From NCBI RefSeq assembly GCF_001017655.1, contig NZ_CP010904.1, forward strand, positions 870,001 to 902,000: a stretch of DNA of 32,000 bases, read 5' to 3'. Numbering within the stretch: the stretch's first letter is position 1; each line of letters opens with the position of its first letter. Both the position numbers and the translations under genes were made by a program. The DNA is from Kiritimatiella glycovorans. Lineage in GTDB: Bacteria; Verrucomicrobiota; Kiritimatiellia; Kiritimatiellales; Kiritimatiellaceae. Shown here one piece after another: positions 14,688 through 24,075 of this stretch. The notes beneath the pieces were generated by a model. That model did no database searches. It worked only from the letters and a program-made list of their open reading frames with translations, and was not told the DNA's origin.

Positions 14688-14691
14688 CATC

Positions 14692-14767
<76 letters not shown>

Positions 14768-14793
14768 GATCGTATTCCGGCCGGAGCGGAGGA

Positions 14794-17094
14794 TCAGTGC
14801 CGCTGGCGGAGCAGTACCTTGAGCGGGTGCCGACCGTTCGCGTCCGGTCTCGGGTCCCGCCAGATCACGTATACCCCCCGCTCCGCGGCGGTAATCTCGT
14901 CTTCGTCGACCTCGTTGTCGCGGTCGATGTCGCGAACGCTGCGGGCGGCGGCGAGAATCGTGAAGAGGTTCTGGCGGACGGAGATCAGCCGGGCGAAACG
15001 ACCCGTCAGGGTGTCGGCGGCGCGTTTGGAATGCACGCCGGTCGCGCGGTACAGGTCCTCGTATTCAAAGGCGCGCAGGCGCCCGAATAGATTGCTGGCG
15101 CTCCCCGAGGTCCCGGCCGCGACCCAGGCTTCGGCGATCCGGCCAGCGGTCTGCTCGTCCACTTGAAGCGGGTATTCGTACGACCAGCGGTCGCGGCTGG
15201 GGTGGTAGGAACAGCCGGCGACGCCTCCGAACGTCGCCTCCCTCAGGGCGGCGGCGAAAACCTCAGGATAGGGTGTGCAGGCGTGCACTCGACCCCGGCC
15301 GCGTGCGGGTTCCGTCGTACCGGTTTCTTCAGGAGGTACGACCCGGAAGTACTCGAAGACCGGAAAGGCGCCGGTGCCGATCAGCGGCACCGTATGCCAT
15401 GGGCGTTCGGGATCATAAACGAACCCTCCGATCTCCGCCGCGCTTTCCATCACCGGCCCGCGCACGTCGCCCGGCCCGCAGCGGAACGAAGGCTTGAAGC
15501 TCATGGACCGGTCGGCATGCGTGCCCGGCGTCTCATGGACACGACCGAGGGTGTGACGGCCCTCCGTCCGCTTCCACTGCCGGGAGAGGTCCCAGTTCAG
15601 CCGCGGGTCGCGGGCCTGATAAGCGACGGTCTTTTCCGTGCCGGGTTCCGTCGCGACCAGGGAGTGGAGAGGACAGGCAAGCCGCGCCGCATGCCGTCCT
15701 GCCAGGGCCCCGAACGCCGCGTCGACAATTCCGTCCCCCTGAAGAAGCAACAGCCGGTCGATGACCAGGGTCCGGTCACCGGAAAACCCGTCGGTCGATC
15801 CCAGTTCAAGAGGCAGGGAAGCGGTCACGCAGGGTCGGCCGCTTCCCCATCCCTCGAATGCGCCGGCGGCGGTGCGCAGAGGCGTCGACACAGAACACGG
15901 GTCCGTCGTCCCGCCCTCCGTATAGAGTTGTAGTTCCGCACGCAAAGGCGGCGGATCGCCGCCCGCGGGCTCATAGCACCCCGTGTAGTCGCGCTCGAAG
16001 GGGTAATGCAATTCGATCTCGATCGTGAGCCGGCACACCGACGGTCCGTTGGATGCGATGCACCGGCTCCGGAATACCAGTTCGTTGAGCATCGGACGAT
16101 GAAATACGGGCGCAAACAGCCAGGCCTTTTCGCCGGGTGAGGAAAGAGCTTCGTCCATCGGCTGGGGAGGCAGGGCGCGGACGGCGTCGAGCTGGTAATG
16201 TACGAGCTGACGCGCGAGCAGATCGGCGGCGAGGTCGAGGTCCAGGCCCGGGCGCGGGCGCCCGCGTTCAAGCATCGCCCGGAAGGCGCGCCGGACCTGC
16301 GCTTCGCCGTCGTCCGCGGCCAGCCAGGCCGCGCAGCGTGATCGCTCCGGGGTCCGGGTCCGGGGCGTGCGCCGCTGGTCGAGCACGGCGGCGCACGAGG
16401 CATAACACCCGTTGGTGGGAAAAAGCGAAAACGCCGCCAGATAAGGAGCGGCGGGCCAGTCCCACGCCCGTGCGCCGTCGAGCGCCGCCCGCACTTCGGC
16501 GGTACTCTCGAATCGCCGCCACGGAAAAGCGCGCGCCTCCAGCAGCCGGTCGCGCGCTTTTCCCGAAGGCAGCCGGATTTCTCCCGCAAACCGACCCGAC
16601 GCACGCGGCCGCCTGTGCACGGCGTTCAGGTCCAGGCATCCGGAGCAGTCGTACGCCGCCCACGCGGTCTGTCCGACGAGTTCTCCTCCGGCATATTGAG
16701 GAGTCCATCCGGCGGGGCCGGGATACGGGAGGATTTCCGGCACGTGATCCATCTCGGGCGCCATGCCGAGCCGGGCGTCTCCCGCGCCTCCCGAAACCCA
16801 GAGTTCGAAATCCGGAAAATAGATCTCCCCCGCGGTCATGTGTGTGTCGATCGCCGTCCACGCATCCGCCAGCGCGGTTTCGAGCAGGTGATACGCCCGC
16901 TCGTATTCGAGGGCGGCATGGCCGGCCAGTCGCCCGGTGCGCGTGATGGAACTGAATGACACGGCCAGCACGCTCACGAGCGCGAGACAGGAGAGCACGA
17001 GAAGCAGCGCGATGCCTGCACGCGATGGCCGCCTTTCCCGTCCTCCGCCCGGGGATGGCCCCAGAACGCGGAATGACCGGGAACGCGTGGACAT
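14794..17094 (-). CDS. Large secreted or membrane-anchored hypothetical protein with a GspK-like (minor pseudopilin) N-terminal anchor
   Basis: 793-aa ORF; start preferred at MSTRSRSF (ATG 17094). The N-terminus RAGIALLLVLSCLALVSVLAVSF resembles the non-cleaved GspK-type anchor. The C-terminal region (VRQNLFTILAAARSV) resembles GspK-like tails. The rest has no family I can name. Confidence 0.7.
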   Translation of the reverse strand: MSTRSRSFRVLGPSPGGGRERRPSRAGIALLLVLSCLALVSVLAVSFSSITRTGRLAGHAALEYERAYHLLETALADAWTAIDTHMTAGEIYFPDFELWVSGGAGDARLGMAPEMDHVPEILPYPGPAGWTPQYAGGELVGQTAWAAYDCSGCLDLNAVHRRPRASGRFAGEIRLPSGKARDRLLEARAFPWRRFESTAEVRAALDGARAWDWPAAPYLAAFSLFPTNGCYASCAAVLDQRRTPRTRTPERSRCAAWLAADDGEAQVRRAFRAMLERGRPRPGLDLDLAADLLARQLVHYQLDAVRALPPQPMDEALSSPGEKAWLFAPVFHRPMLNELVFRSRCIASNGPSVCRLTIEIELHYPFERDYTGCYEPAGGDPPPLRAELQLYTEGGTTDPCSVSTPLRTAAGAFEGWGSGRPCVTASLPLELGSTDGFSGDRTLVIDRLLLLQGDGIVDAAFGALAGRHAARLACPLHSLVATEPGTEKTVAYQARDPRLNWDLSRQWKRTEGRHTLGRVHETPGTHADRSMSFKPSFRCGPGDVRGPVMESAAEIGGFVYDPERPWHTVPLIGTGAFPVFEYFRVVPPEETGTTEPARGRGRVHACTPYPEVFAAALREATFGGVAGCSYHPSRDRWSYEYPLQVDEQTAGRIAEAWVAAGTSGSASNLFGRLRAFEYEDLYRATGVHSKRAADTLTGRFARLISVRQNLFTILAAARSVRDIDRDNEVDEDEITAAERGVYVIWRDPRPDANGRHPLKVLLRQRH

Positions 17095-17363
17095 TCCCTG
17101 ACCTGTTGCGCCGGAGGGTTCAGGCGGGATGAGCGGCGGGTGAGAATACTGTGATTCGGCGGCCCCCTTGTGCAAACCGCCGGGCCCCGGGGCAGGGCGT
17201 TCGCCGGATCACCGCCGGTCATGGCCCGCCCCTGCGCACGTGTCAAAAAAGATTTCGCTCCGGATCCGTCCCGTCCCGCCGCGATGCCGGGTGCAGCCTG
17301 CTTTTCACGCGGAAACGCGGATGATAAAATCAGCCCAGGCAAGGAGGAGGGAGATCGTCCGCG

Positions 17364-17987
17364 ATGAAACACACACGCGAGATCATGATGGAGCGTCACC
17401 TCAAAGGCCGCGGGATACGTCATCCCGCCGTGCTGCGGGCGATGGAGGAGACTGCGCGGGAGGCGTTTGTCTCGGACGAACTGCACGGCCGGGCCTACGA
17501 CGACCGTCCCCTGCCGATCGGAAACGGGCAGACCATCTCGCAGCCCTACATCGTGGCGTACATGACCGAGCAGCTCGACCCGAACCCCGGTGACCGGGTA
17601 CTGGAAATCGGAGCGGGTTCCGGTTACCAGGCGGCGGTGCTGGCCCGCATCGTGCGCGAGGTGATTACGGTGGAGATCATACCCTCGCTCGCCGAACAGG
17701 CCCGGGAAACTCTCGCGAAGCTCGGGATCACCAACGTCACCGTGCACGAGGGCGACGGGAACGAGGGGTGGATCGAAGAGGCGCCGTACGACGGGATCAT
17801 CGCGACCGCCGCGCCGGAACGCATCCCCCCGGCACTCAGGGAGCAGCTTGCGCGGGGCGGGCGGATGATCCTGCCCGTGGGACCGGCGGGGGGCATTCAG
17901 GTGCTGAAACTGCTTCGCCGCGATGAACGCGGTGCGCTGCACGAGCGGGAACTGCTGGAGGTGCGGTTCGTGCCCATGACCCGCTGA
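17364..17987 (+). CDS. pcm: Protein-L-isoaspartate O-methyltransferase
   Basis: 207-aa ORF with GQTISQPYIVAYM and the SAM-binding VLEIGAGSGYQAAVLA motif. AGGAGGAGGGAG lies upstream of the ATG. Confidence 0.9.
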   Translation: MKHTREIMMERHLKGRGIRHPAVLRAMEETAREAFVSDELHGRAYDDRPLPIGNGQTISQPYIVAYMTEQLDPNPGDRVLEIGAGSGYQAAVLARIVREVITVEIIPSLAEQARETLAKLGITNVTVHEGDGNEGWIEEAPYDGIIATAAPERIPPALREQLARGGRMILPVGPAGGIQVLKLLRRDERGALHERELLEVRFVPMTR

Positions 17988-17994
17988 GCCCTGA

Positions 17995-20900
17995 TTATCG
18001 CCGAAATCTCTCCGCGAGCGAGTCGGCGAGCGAGTAGAGCACGGGAACCAGGACAAGCGTCAGGACGGTCGAGACCGCGAGACCGAAGATGACGGCGATC
18101 GCCATCGGCGCCCAGAACGACGACGTCGCTCCGCCCTCCACGAGCATCGGCGGGAAGCGGTGTACCTCGAAACTGTAGCCGACCGCCATCGGGATCAGGC
18201 CGAGGATCGTCGTCGCCGCGGTCAGCAGCACCGGACGCAGCCGGAGCGTGCCCGCGCGCACGATCGCTTCGGTGACCGGCTTTTCGCTGCGCTGCTGGTT
18301 GATGCAGTCGATCAGCACGATCGCGTTGTTCACCACGATCCCGGCCAGGCTTATGATGCCCACGCCGGTCATGATAATGCTGAAGTACTCGCGGGTGATC
18401 AGCAGCCCCCAGCACACGCCGATCGTGGAGAGGGCCACGGTCAGCATGATGATGAACGGGAGCACGGCGGAGTTGAACTGAATGACGAGGATAACGACGA
18501 TACCGGCGAGCGCCATGCCGAAAGCCTTGCTGAGAAACGCGCCGGATTCCTGCTGATCCTCTTTCTCCCCGGTGTACCGCACGGAGTAGCCCGACGGGAA
18601 ATTCATGTCGTCGACGATCGGAATGATGTCCTGCAGGATCGCCTCGGATTCGCGGCCCTCGTTCTCGCCCGTGATGGTGATCACGCGGTCGAGGTCCTTG
18701 CGCCGGATGATTCCCTGGCCCGCGGTATACTCGAAGCGCCCGAGCGAACTGAGCGGCACGGGAGGGCGATCGGGGCGCGGGACGTAGATCCGGTCGAGGT
18801 AGTCGAACGCATCGCGCTGGTCCTCGGGCATGCGCACGGTGATTTCGTATTCGTCCTCGTCCGCGCGGAATTCATTTCGCAGCTCGATCCCGTAGAGCGA
18901 GGAACGCAGGAACGTGCCCACGCCGCGCGTATCCAGCTCCAGCAGCCGGGCGCGCTGGCGGTCCACCCGAAACCGGAATTCGGGCAGCGCGTCCTCGTAG
19001 TCCATGCGCAGGTCGACCAGCCCGGGCACGCTGGAGATACGGCGCCGGACGTCGCGCGCCAGGCTGGATAGCAGGTCGAGGTCTTCCCCGGAGAGTTCGA
19101 TGCTGACCGGCGGCTCGCGCGGCGGCCCGGCCTGCTCGCCCGTGACCTTGAGGTCCATCCCGGGAGCCCTGGGGATCCGTCCGCGAATGCGGTCGACGAG
19201 CAGGTTCGTGTCCGTCGTCCGCTCCTCCTCGTCCACGAACTCGATGTAGAGCGAGCCGAGGTGGGTGCCCTCACTCTCGCCGCCGATCACCTCGCCCGTG
19301 CCCTGGCCGGCATTGGACAGAATGAACTCGATGTCGGGCAGATCCTTCACCAGCCCTTCAATCCTGCGCAGGGTGGCGTCGGTCTTCTCGATCTGCGTCC
19401 CCTCGGGGTACTTGACCTCCACCTGCGCGAAGCGCGGCTCGACATCCGGGAAGAGGATGATCCCGCGGCCGTAGCGTTCGTAGAGCTGGACGCTGAGCAC
19501 GAGGAAGAGCAGCCCCGTCACGACCACCGGCGCACGGCAGCGCAGCGCCTTGCGGAGCAGATGTTCGTAGCCCAGCACGAACGGATGTCGCCGGGCCTCC
19601 TGATGCGGGTCGCGCCGCCCGTCGGCCTTGATGAACACCGAGCAGACGGCGGGATTGATGATCAGCGCCACGAACAGCGAGGACGCCAGGGTGATGATCA
19701 GCGTCTGCGGCATGAACTTCATGAACTCGCCGATGATGTCCGGCCAGAAGAGCAGGGGGGAGAACGCCGCCAGCGTGGTCAGGGTCGACGTCGCCACCGG
19801 CCAGGCCACCTCCGACGCGCCCCGCCGTGCGGCCTCGAGCCGCGAGAGGCCCTCGCAGTGCAGGCGGTAGATGTTTTCGACGATGACGATGCCGTTGTCG
19901 ACCAGCATGCCCACGGCGAGGATCAGCGCAAAGAGCACCACCATGTTGAGCGTCAGCCCGAGCAGCGCCATGATCATGAACGTGAGCAGCATCGACATGG
20001 GGATGGCCGCGCCGACGAAGACGCTGTTGCGCCCGCCCATGAACAGGCACAGCACGATGATCACCAGCAGAAAGCCGGAGCCGATATTGTTCTCCAGTTC
20101 GCTGAGCATGTCGTGGATGTGCTCGGAGTCGTCCTGCACCACCGTGACCTCGAGGTCGGGGGGCAGCGTGTAGGTCTCCAGTACGTGCTGGACTTCTTCG
20201 ATAAGCCCGACGGTATTCTCGCCGGCGCGCTTGGTGATCTCGATCGAGACCGCGGGCTTCCCGTTGAGCCGTGCGATGGAGGTGCGGTCCTTGTAGGTAT
20301 CGCGGACCTCCGCGATGTCGTGCAGAAAGACGGGCCGCCCGCGCACGGTCTTCAAGATGAGTTCTTCGATCCGTGAAGGCAGCTCGAACTCTCCCGGGAC
20401 GCGGACCTGGAACTTGTGACCGGCGACCTCCAGGTTGCCGGCGGAGATGGTGACGTTCTCGCCTTCGATGCGCTCGAAGACCGTACCGATGCCGACCCCC
20501 AAAACCGCCATCCGGGCCGGATCGAACTCGACGCGGATCTCGCGCTCCCGCGCGCCGGTGATCCGCGCCTCGTGCAGCGCGGGAATGCGCTCCAGTTCCT
20601 CCTGCAGGTGTTCCGCCACGCTCTTCAGACGCGCGAGATCGTCGTCGCCCGAGAGCGCGAAACGCATCACCGGCACATCCGTACTGAGATTGAACCCCTC
20701 CACGACCGGTTCGTCCAGATCGTCGGGAAGATCCGGCCGGGCGAGGTCGATCTTGTCCTTCACCCGCTGGATCGCGGTGTCGATATCCACGTCGGGCAGG
20801 AACTCGATCACGATCGTCGAGACGCTGTCGGCGGAGACGGACTGGATCTCCTTCACGTTGCCCAGCTCGTCGAGCTTCTTTTCGACCGGGATGGTGATCA

Positions 20901-21084
20901 GGTCCTCCATGTCGGCCGGGGCCGTACCTTCGTAGACGGCGGTGACGAAGACCTGCGAGATGGTGATATCCGGATAGCCCTCGCGGGGGAGGGTCACGTA
21001 ACTGACCGCTCCGAGCGCGACGAGCACGACGATGAAGACGAACACCGCCGTCCGGAACTTGATGGCGTAATTGGAGAGGATCAT
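17995..21084 (-). CDS. RND-family efflux transporter, inner-membrane permease subunit (AcrB/HAE-type)
   Basis: 1029-aa ORF with 12-TM pseudo-duplicated architecture, two large periplasmic loops and a typical N-terminus (AIKFRTAVFVFIVVLVALGAVSY). Confidence 0.95.
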   Translation of the reverse strand: MILSNYAIKFRTAVFVFIVVLVALGAVSYVTLPREGYPDITISQVFVTAVYEGTAPADMEDLITIPVEKKLDELGNVKEIQSVSADSVSTIVIEFLPDVDIDTAIQRVKDKIDLARPDLPDDLDEPVVEGFNLSTDVPVMRFALSGDDDLARLKSVAEHLQEELERIPALHEARITGAREREIRVEFDPARMAVLGVGIGTVFERIEGENVTISAGNLEVAGHKFQVRVPGEFELPSRIEELILKTVRGRPVFLHDIAEVRDTYKDRTSIARLNGKPAVSIEITKRAGENTVGLIEEVQHVLETYTLPPDLEVTVVQDDSEHIHDMLSELENNIGSGFLLVIIVLCLFMGGRNSVFVGAAIPMSMLLTFMIMALLGLTLNMVVLFALILAVGMLVDNGIVIVENIYRLHCEGLSRLEAARRGASEVAWPVATSTLTTLAAFSPLLFWPDIIGEFMKFMPQTLIITLASSLFVALIINPAVCSVFIKADGRRDPHQEARRHPFVLGYEHLLRKALRCRAPVVVTGLLFLVLSVQLYERYGRGIILFPDVEPRFAQVEVKYPEGTQIEKTDATLRRIEGLVKDLPDIEFILSNAGQGTGEVIGGESEGTHLGSLYIEFVDEEERTTDTNLLVDRIRGRIPRAPGMDLKVTGEQAGPPREPPVSIELSGEDLDLLSSLARDVRRRISSVPGLVDLRMDYEDALPEFRFRVDRQRARLLELDTRGVGTFLRSSLYGIELRNEFRADEDEYEITVRMPEDQRDAFDYLDRIYVPRPDRPPVPLSSLGRFEYTAGQGIIRRKDLDRVITITGENEGRESEAILQDIIPIVDDMNFPSGYSVRYTGEKEDQQESGAFLSKAFGMALAGIVVILVIQFNSAVLPFIIMLTVALSTIGVCWGLLITREYFSIIMTGVGIISLAGIVVNNAIVLIDCINQQRSEKPVTEAIVRAGTLRLRPVLLTAATTILGLIPMAVGYSFEVHRFPPMLVEGGATSSFWAPMAIAVIFGLAVSTVLTLVLVPVLYSLADSLAERFRR

Positions 21085-22169
21085 GGGACCTTTTCCGTGG
21101 ACGGCGGTGCGTTGGTCCGGGTGACGCGGACGGGCTGGCCGTCGGACAGGGTGCGGTGGCCCTCGACGGCGACGAGCGCGCCGTCGGGTATGCCGGTGGT
21201 GATCAGTGCGTAGCGGTCCGAGGTGGCCTCGACCCGCACGCGGCTCCGCCGCGCGATCTCATCTTCGATCAGATAGACGATGTGTTCCCCCTGGGAGGGG
21301 ATGACCGCGGTCAGCGGCAGGAGCGCGGTGTCCGGGAGCGTTCCGCGCACGAAGCCGATTTCGGCGATCATTCCGCCGCGCAGGGTTTCGGTCGGTTCAC
21401 GGATGGTGCACTCCACCCTATACGCGTGGTGGTCATCACTCATCTGTTCGGCGACGAAATCCACACGCGCCGTGTAGACCGTGTCTCCGAGAGAGGAGAT
21501 GCGGAAGGTCACGGGTTCGCCATTCCGCACCGCGGGCACATCGCGTTCGGGGACATCGAACACGAGCTTCATCGGCCGGTTGTCGAGCACCCGGAAGAGC
21601 GGGGTGCCCGGCGAGACGTATTCGCCTTTCTCCACCATCCGGTCATTGACGAAGCCGTCGAAGGGGGCGGCGACCCGGCACTGGTCGACGCGCGTTTTCG
21701 CTTCCTGCAGCGCGGCGGCCGCTTCATCGTGCGCGCGTTCCGCGCGGTCGAGCTGCTCTTCCGAGACGGCGCCGGTTGTGCGCAGCTCGCGGGTGCGTTC
21801 CAGGGTGCGGCCCGTCTCGCGCTCCGCGGCTTCCGCGCGCATCAGCGCCGCGCGCTGAATACGGTCGTCGATCTGCAGCAGCAGGTCCCCGCGCTTCACC
21901 CGGTCCCCGCGATCGACCCTGAGTTTCGTGATCGTACCCGCCTGCTCGGCCGCCAGCACGGCGTCGGCGTCGGGCATGACCACGCCCGGGAGCGGGGCGC
22001 GGTCGGGGGCCTCCTGCAGCCGTACCGGCATGACGGCCACGCTCGCCGGGTCGGGTTTCACGGGCGGCGGGGCCGCTTCCTCGGGCTGGAAGATGGAAAG
22101 CAGGGCGATGAGCACTGCAATCGCGACGGGCACGCCCCAGAGCAGCCGCTGTTTATTCTTCGGATTCAT
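21081..22169 (-). CDS. Efflux RND periplasmic adaptor (membrane fusion protein, HlyD/AcrA family)
   Basis: Start is chosen at MNPKNKQRLLWGVPVAIAVLIAL (ATG 22169). It has a lipoyl/hairpin/beta-barrel layout with a coiled-coil segment (RAALMRAEAAERE...LDRAERAHDEAAAALQEAK). ATGA overlap with the RND gene. Confidence 0.9.
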   Translation of the reverse strand: MNPKNKQRLLWGVPVAIAVLIALLSIFQPEEAAPPPVKPDPASVAVMPVRLQEAPDRAPLPGVVMPDADAVLAAEQAGTITKLRVDRGDRVKRGDLLLQIDDRIQRAALMRAEAAERETGRTLERTRELRTTGAVSEEQLDRAERAHDEAAAALQEAKTRVDQCRVAAPFDGFVNDRMVEKGEYVSPGTPLFRVLDNRPMKLVFDVPERDVPAVRNGEPVTFRISSLGDTVYTARVDFVAEQMSDDHHAYRVECTIREPTETLRGGMIAEIGFVRGTLPDTALLPLTAVIPSQGEHIVYLIEDEIARRSRVRVEATSDRYALITTGIPDGALVAVEGHRTLSDGQPVRVTRTNAPPSTEKVP

Positions 22170-23457
22170 CGGAACGCTCCTTGCGGGTAAGTCCTGCGGC
22201 GTAGCGGAGCCGCGCTTCGGCATCGGCGTAATCGCGCAGCGCCTCGACATGCTGGAGCCGGGCGGTGCTGAGGTCGAGATTCGCCTGCGTGTATTCGAGC
22301 TGGGTGCCGCGGCCGGCGCGGTAGCGCGTACGGGCGATCTCGAGGGCGCGTTCGGCGCGGGTGACGTTCTTTGCGGTGCTGTCGATGAGCGACTCGGCGC
22401 GCTTGAGTTCGAGCCACTGGGTCCGCACCTCGAGTTCGACCTGCCGGCGCAGGTCGCGCAGGGTATCTTCGGCTTTGGTGACTTCGAGTCTGCGCTGCGC
22501 GATCCGCGCGCGACGGCTCAACCCCGTGAAGATCGGCCACTCGGCCGAAAGCGTCAGCGTCCAGCTGTCCTCCCATCCCCCGCGGTCGGACAGGAAGAAA
22601 GAATAGGGATCGGGCTTCTGGAACAGGTAGTTTCCGCCGGCCGTGATCTCCGGGAAGTACTCGCTGCGGGCGTGGGCCACATCGGCCTCGCGCAGGCGGA
22701 TCGTGTCCTCCTGACGCCGCAGCTCGGGCCGCCGAGCGTCGATTCCGGAGAGCAGTTCGTGATACTCGTAGGGGAACGGCCGGTAGGCGAGTTCGCCCCG
22801 GAGCCGGAACGTTTCGGGTTCCAGATACACGAGATCGCGGAACCGCCGCTTCGCCGTCTCGAGCCGGTTGCGCGCATCGATCAGCGCCGGGCGTTCGTTG
22901 GCCAGCCGTACTTCGGCGCTGAGCTGATCGAATTCCGAGGCGGCGCCCGCGCGATAGGCGGCGGTGGCGTCTTCGACAAAATCGCGCAGCGTGGCGACGG
23001 ACTGTTCCCGGACCTCCACCTGTTCGCGGGCGAGCAGCACGCCGTGGAACCCGAGCCGGATGTCGCGGATCAGCGAGGCGCGGGAGAGGTCGACGCCGTC
23101 GGAAACCAGTCCGCGGTAGGCCCGGGCCGCGCGCACGGCGGAGCGGACCCGCCCGCCGGCGAACAGGAGCTGTTCCAGCCGGCCGCTGACCGTCCGGTTT
23201 TCCCGGCCGGCGAGGGTGGCCTCGTCCAGGCGTTCATACTGTGCGGAGAGCGAGGCCTGCGGCAGGGCGGCGGCCCGCGCCTCGGTGATCCCCGCCTCGG
23301 CGATTTCGACATCGCGCCGTGCGTTGCGCATCCGGATCGCCTGTTCCAGCCCGAGGTCGATGCACTCCTCGAGCGTGTAGACCGGCGCATGAGTGTCTGC
23401 CGCGCGGGCGGTGTACGCTGTGGCCAGGAGGACCGCGATGACCCCCAGGCGCTTCAC
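22153..23457 (-). CDS. TolC-family outer-membrane efflux protein
   Basis: 434-aa ORF with a signal peptide (MKRLGVIAVLLATAYTARA) and two TolC-type repeat halves. GTG start overlaps the marR stop (GTGA). The 3' end overlaps the MFP start by 17 nt. Confidence 0.9.
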   Translation of the reverse strand: MKRLGVIAVLLATAYTARAADTHAPVYTLEECIDLGLEQAIRMRNARRDVEIAEAGITEARAAALPQASLSAQYERLDEATLAGRENRTVSGRLEQLLFAGGRVRSAVRAARAYRGLVSDGVDLSRASLIRDIRLGFHGVLLAREQVEVREQSVATLRDFVEDATAAYRAGAASEFDQLSAEVRLANERPALIDARNRLETAKRRFRDLVYLEPETFRLRGELAYRPFPYEYHELLSGIDARRPELRRQEDTIRLREADVAHARSEYFPEITAGGNYLFQKPDPYSFFLSDRGGWEDSWTLTLSAEWPIFTGLSRRARIAQRRLEVTKAEDTLRDLRRQVELEVRTQWLELKRAESLIDSTAKNVTRAERALEIARTRYRAGRGTQLEYTQANLDLSTARLQHVEALRDYADAEARLRYAAGLTRKERSDESEE

Positions 23458-23885
23458 TGGTCCTCCAGGGTGCGGGCCATGAGCCGGGTGTAGGTTTCGC
23501 GCTCCTCGGCATTGAGCGGACGGAAGATCTCTTTGATGCTCTCGCGCTGCTCATCGAAGATCTTCTCCACTGTCCGACGGCCCTTCGCCGTGAGCTTCAG
23601 ATGCACTACGCGCCGGTCCTCGCGGCTGCGCTCGCGCACGATATACTTCGCGTGTACGAGCCGGTCGATCAGCTCGGAAGCCGAGGAGAAGCTGAGATTC
23701 AGATGCTCCGCCAGACTGTGCACGGGGCAGGGGGCCTGTTTGTGGAGATGATAGAGGGCCCAGAACTGCGGCAGTGAGAGATCGCCGCGGGCGACCGCGT
23801 GGCGCGTACGCCGCATCATCAGCAGATGCATCTCCGGCATCAGCTCAATCATGCGTTCCGCGAAGGTGTCGATTGATAAACCCAT
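23454..23885 (-). CDS. MarR-family transcriptional regulator, first gene of the efflux operon
   Basis: Winged-helix region LSLPQFWALYHLHKQAPCPVHSLAEHLNLSFSSASELIDRLVHAKYIVRERSREDRRVVHLKLT. Start is set at MGLSID (ATG 23885, giving 143 aa). Upstream in-frame starts up to 24008 cannot be excluded. Confidence 0.85.
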   Translation of the reverse strand: MGLSIDTFAERMIELMPEMHLLMMRRTRHAVARGDLSLPQFWALYHLHKQAPCPVHSLAEHLNLSFSSASELIDRLVHAKYIVRERSREDRRVVHLKLTAKGRRTVEKIFDEQRESIKEIFRPLNAEERETYTRLMARTLEDQ

Positions 23886-23902
23886 ATCCGAATAATTCGT
23901 AT
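23886..23902. promoter_or_regulatory. Candidate MarR operator palindrome
   Basis: ATCCGAAT-A-ATTCGTAT (perfect 5-1-5 core CGAAT-A-ATTCG, 7/8 per extended arm) abuts the proposed marR start, in the marR/sulfatase divergent intergenic region. Confidence 0.3.
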
Positions 23903-24075
23903 AGCGAACTAATGATCCGGTGTCAAGCGCCGTCGCTGAACGGACCCTCCTCATCGGAGCCATCCTTGAAATCCGTAGTTGAATCCCGCCACGGCGATGA
24001 CGAATCATATTTCAAACTCGACATGATGTTTCGCAATGTATAGAGAAAGAGAAAGGTGTGGCACGGGAGGACGGC

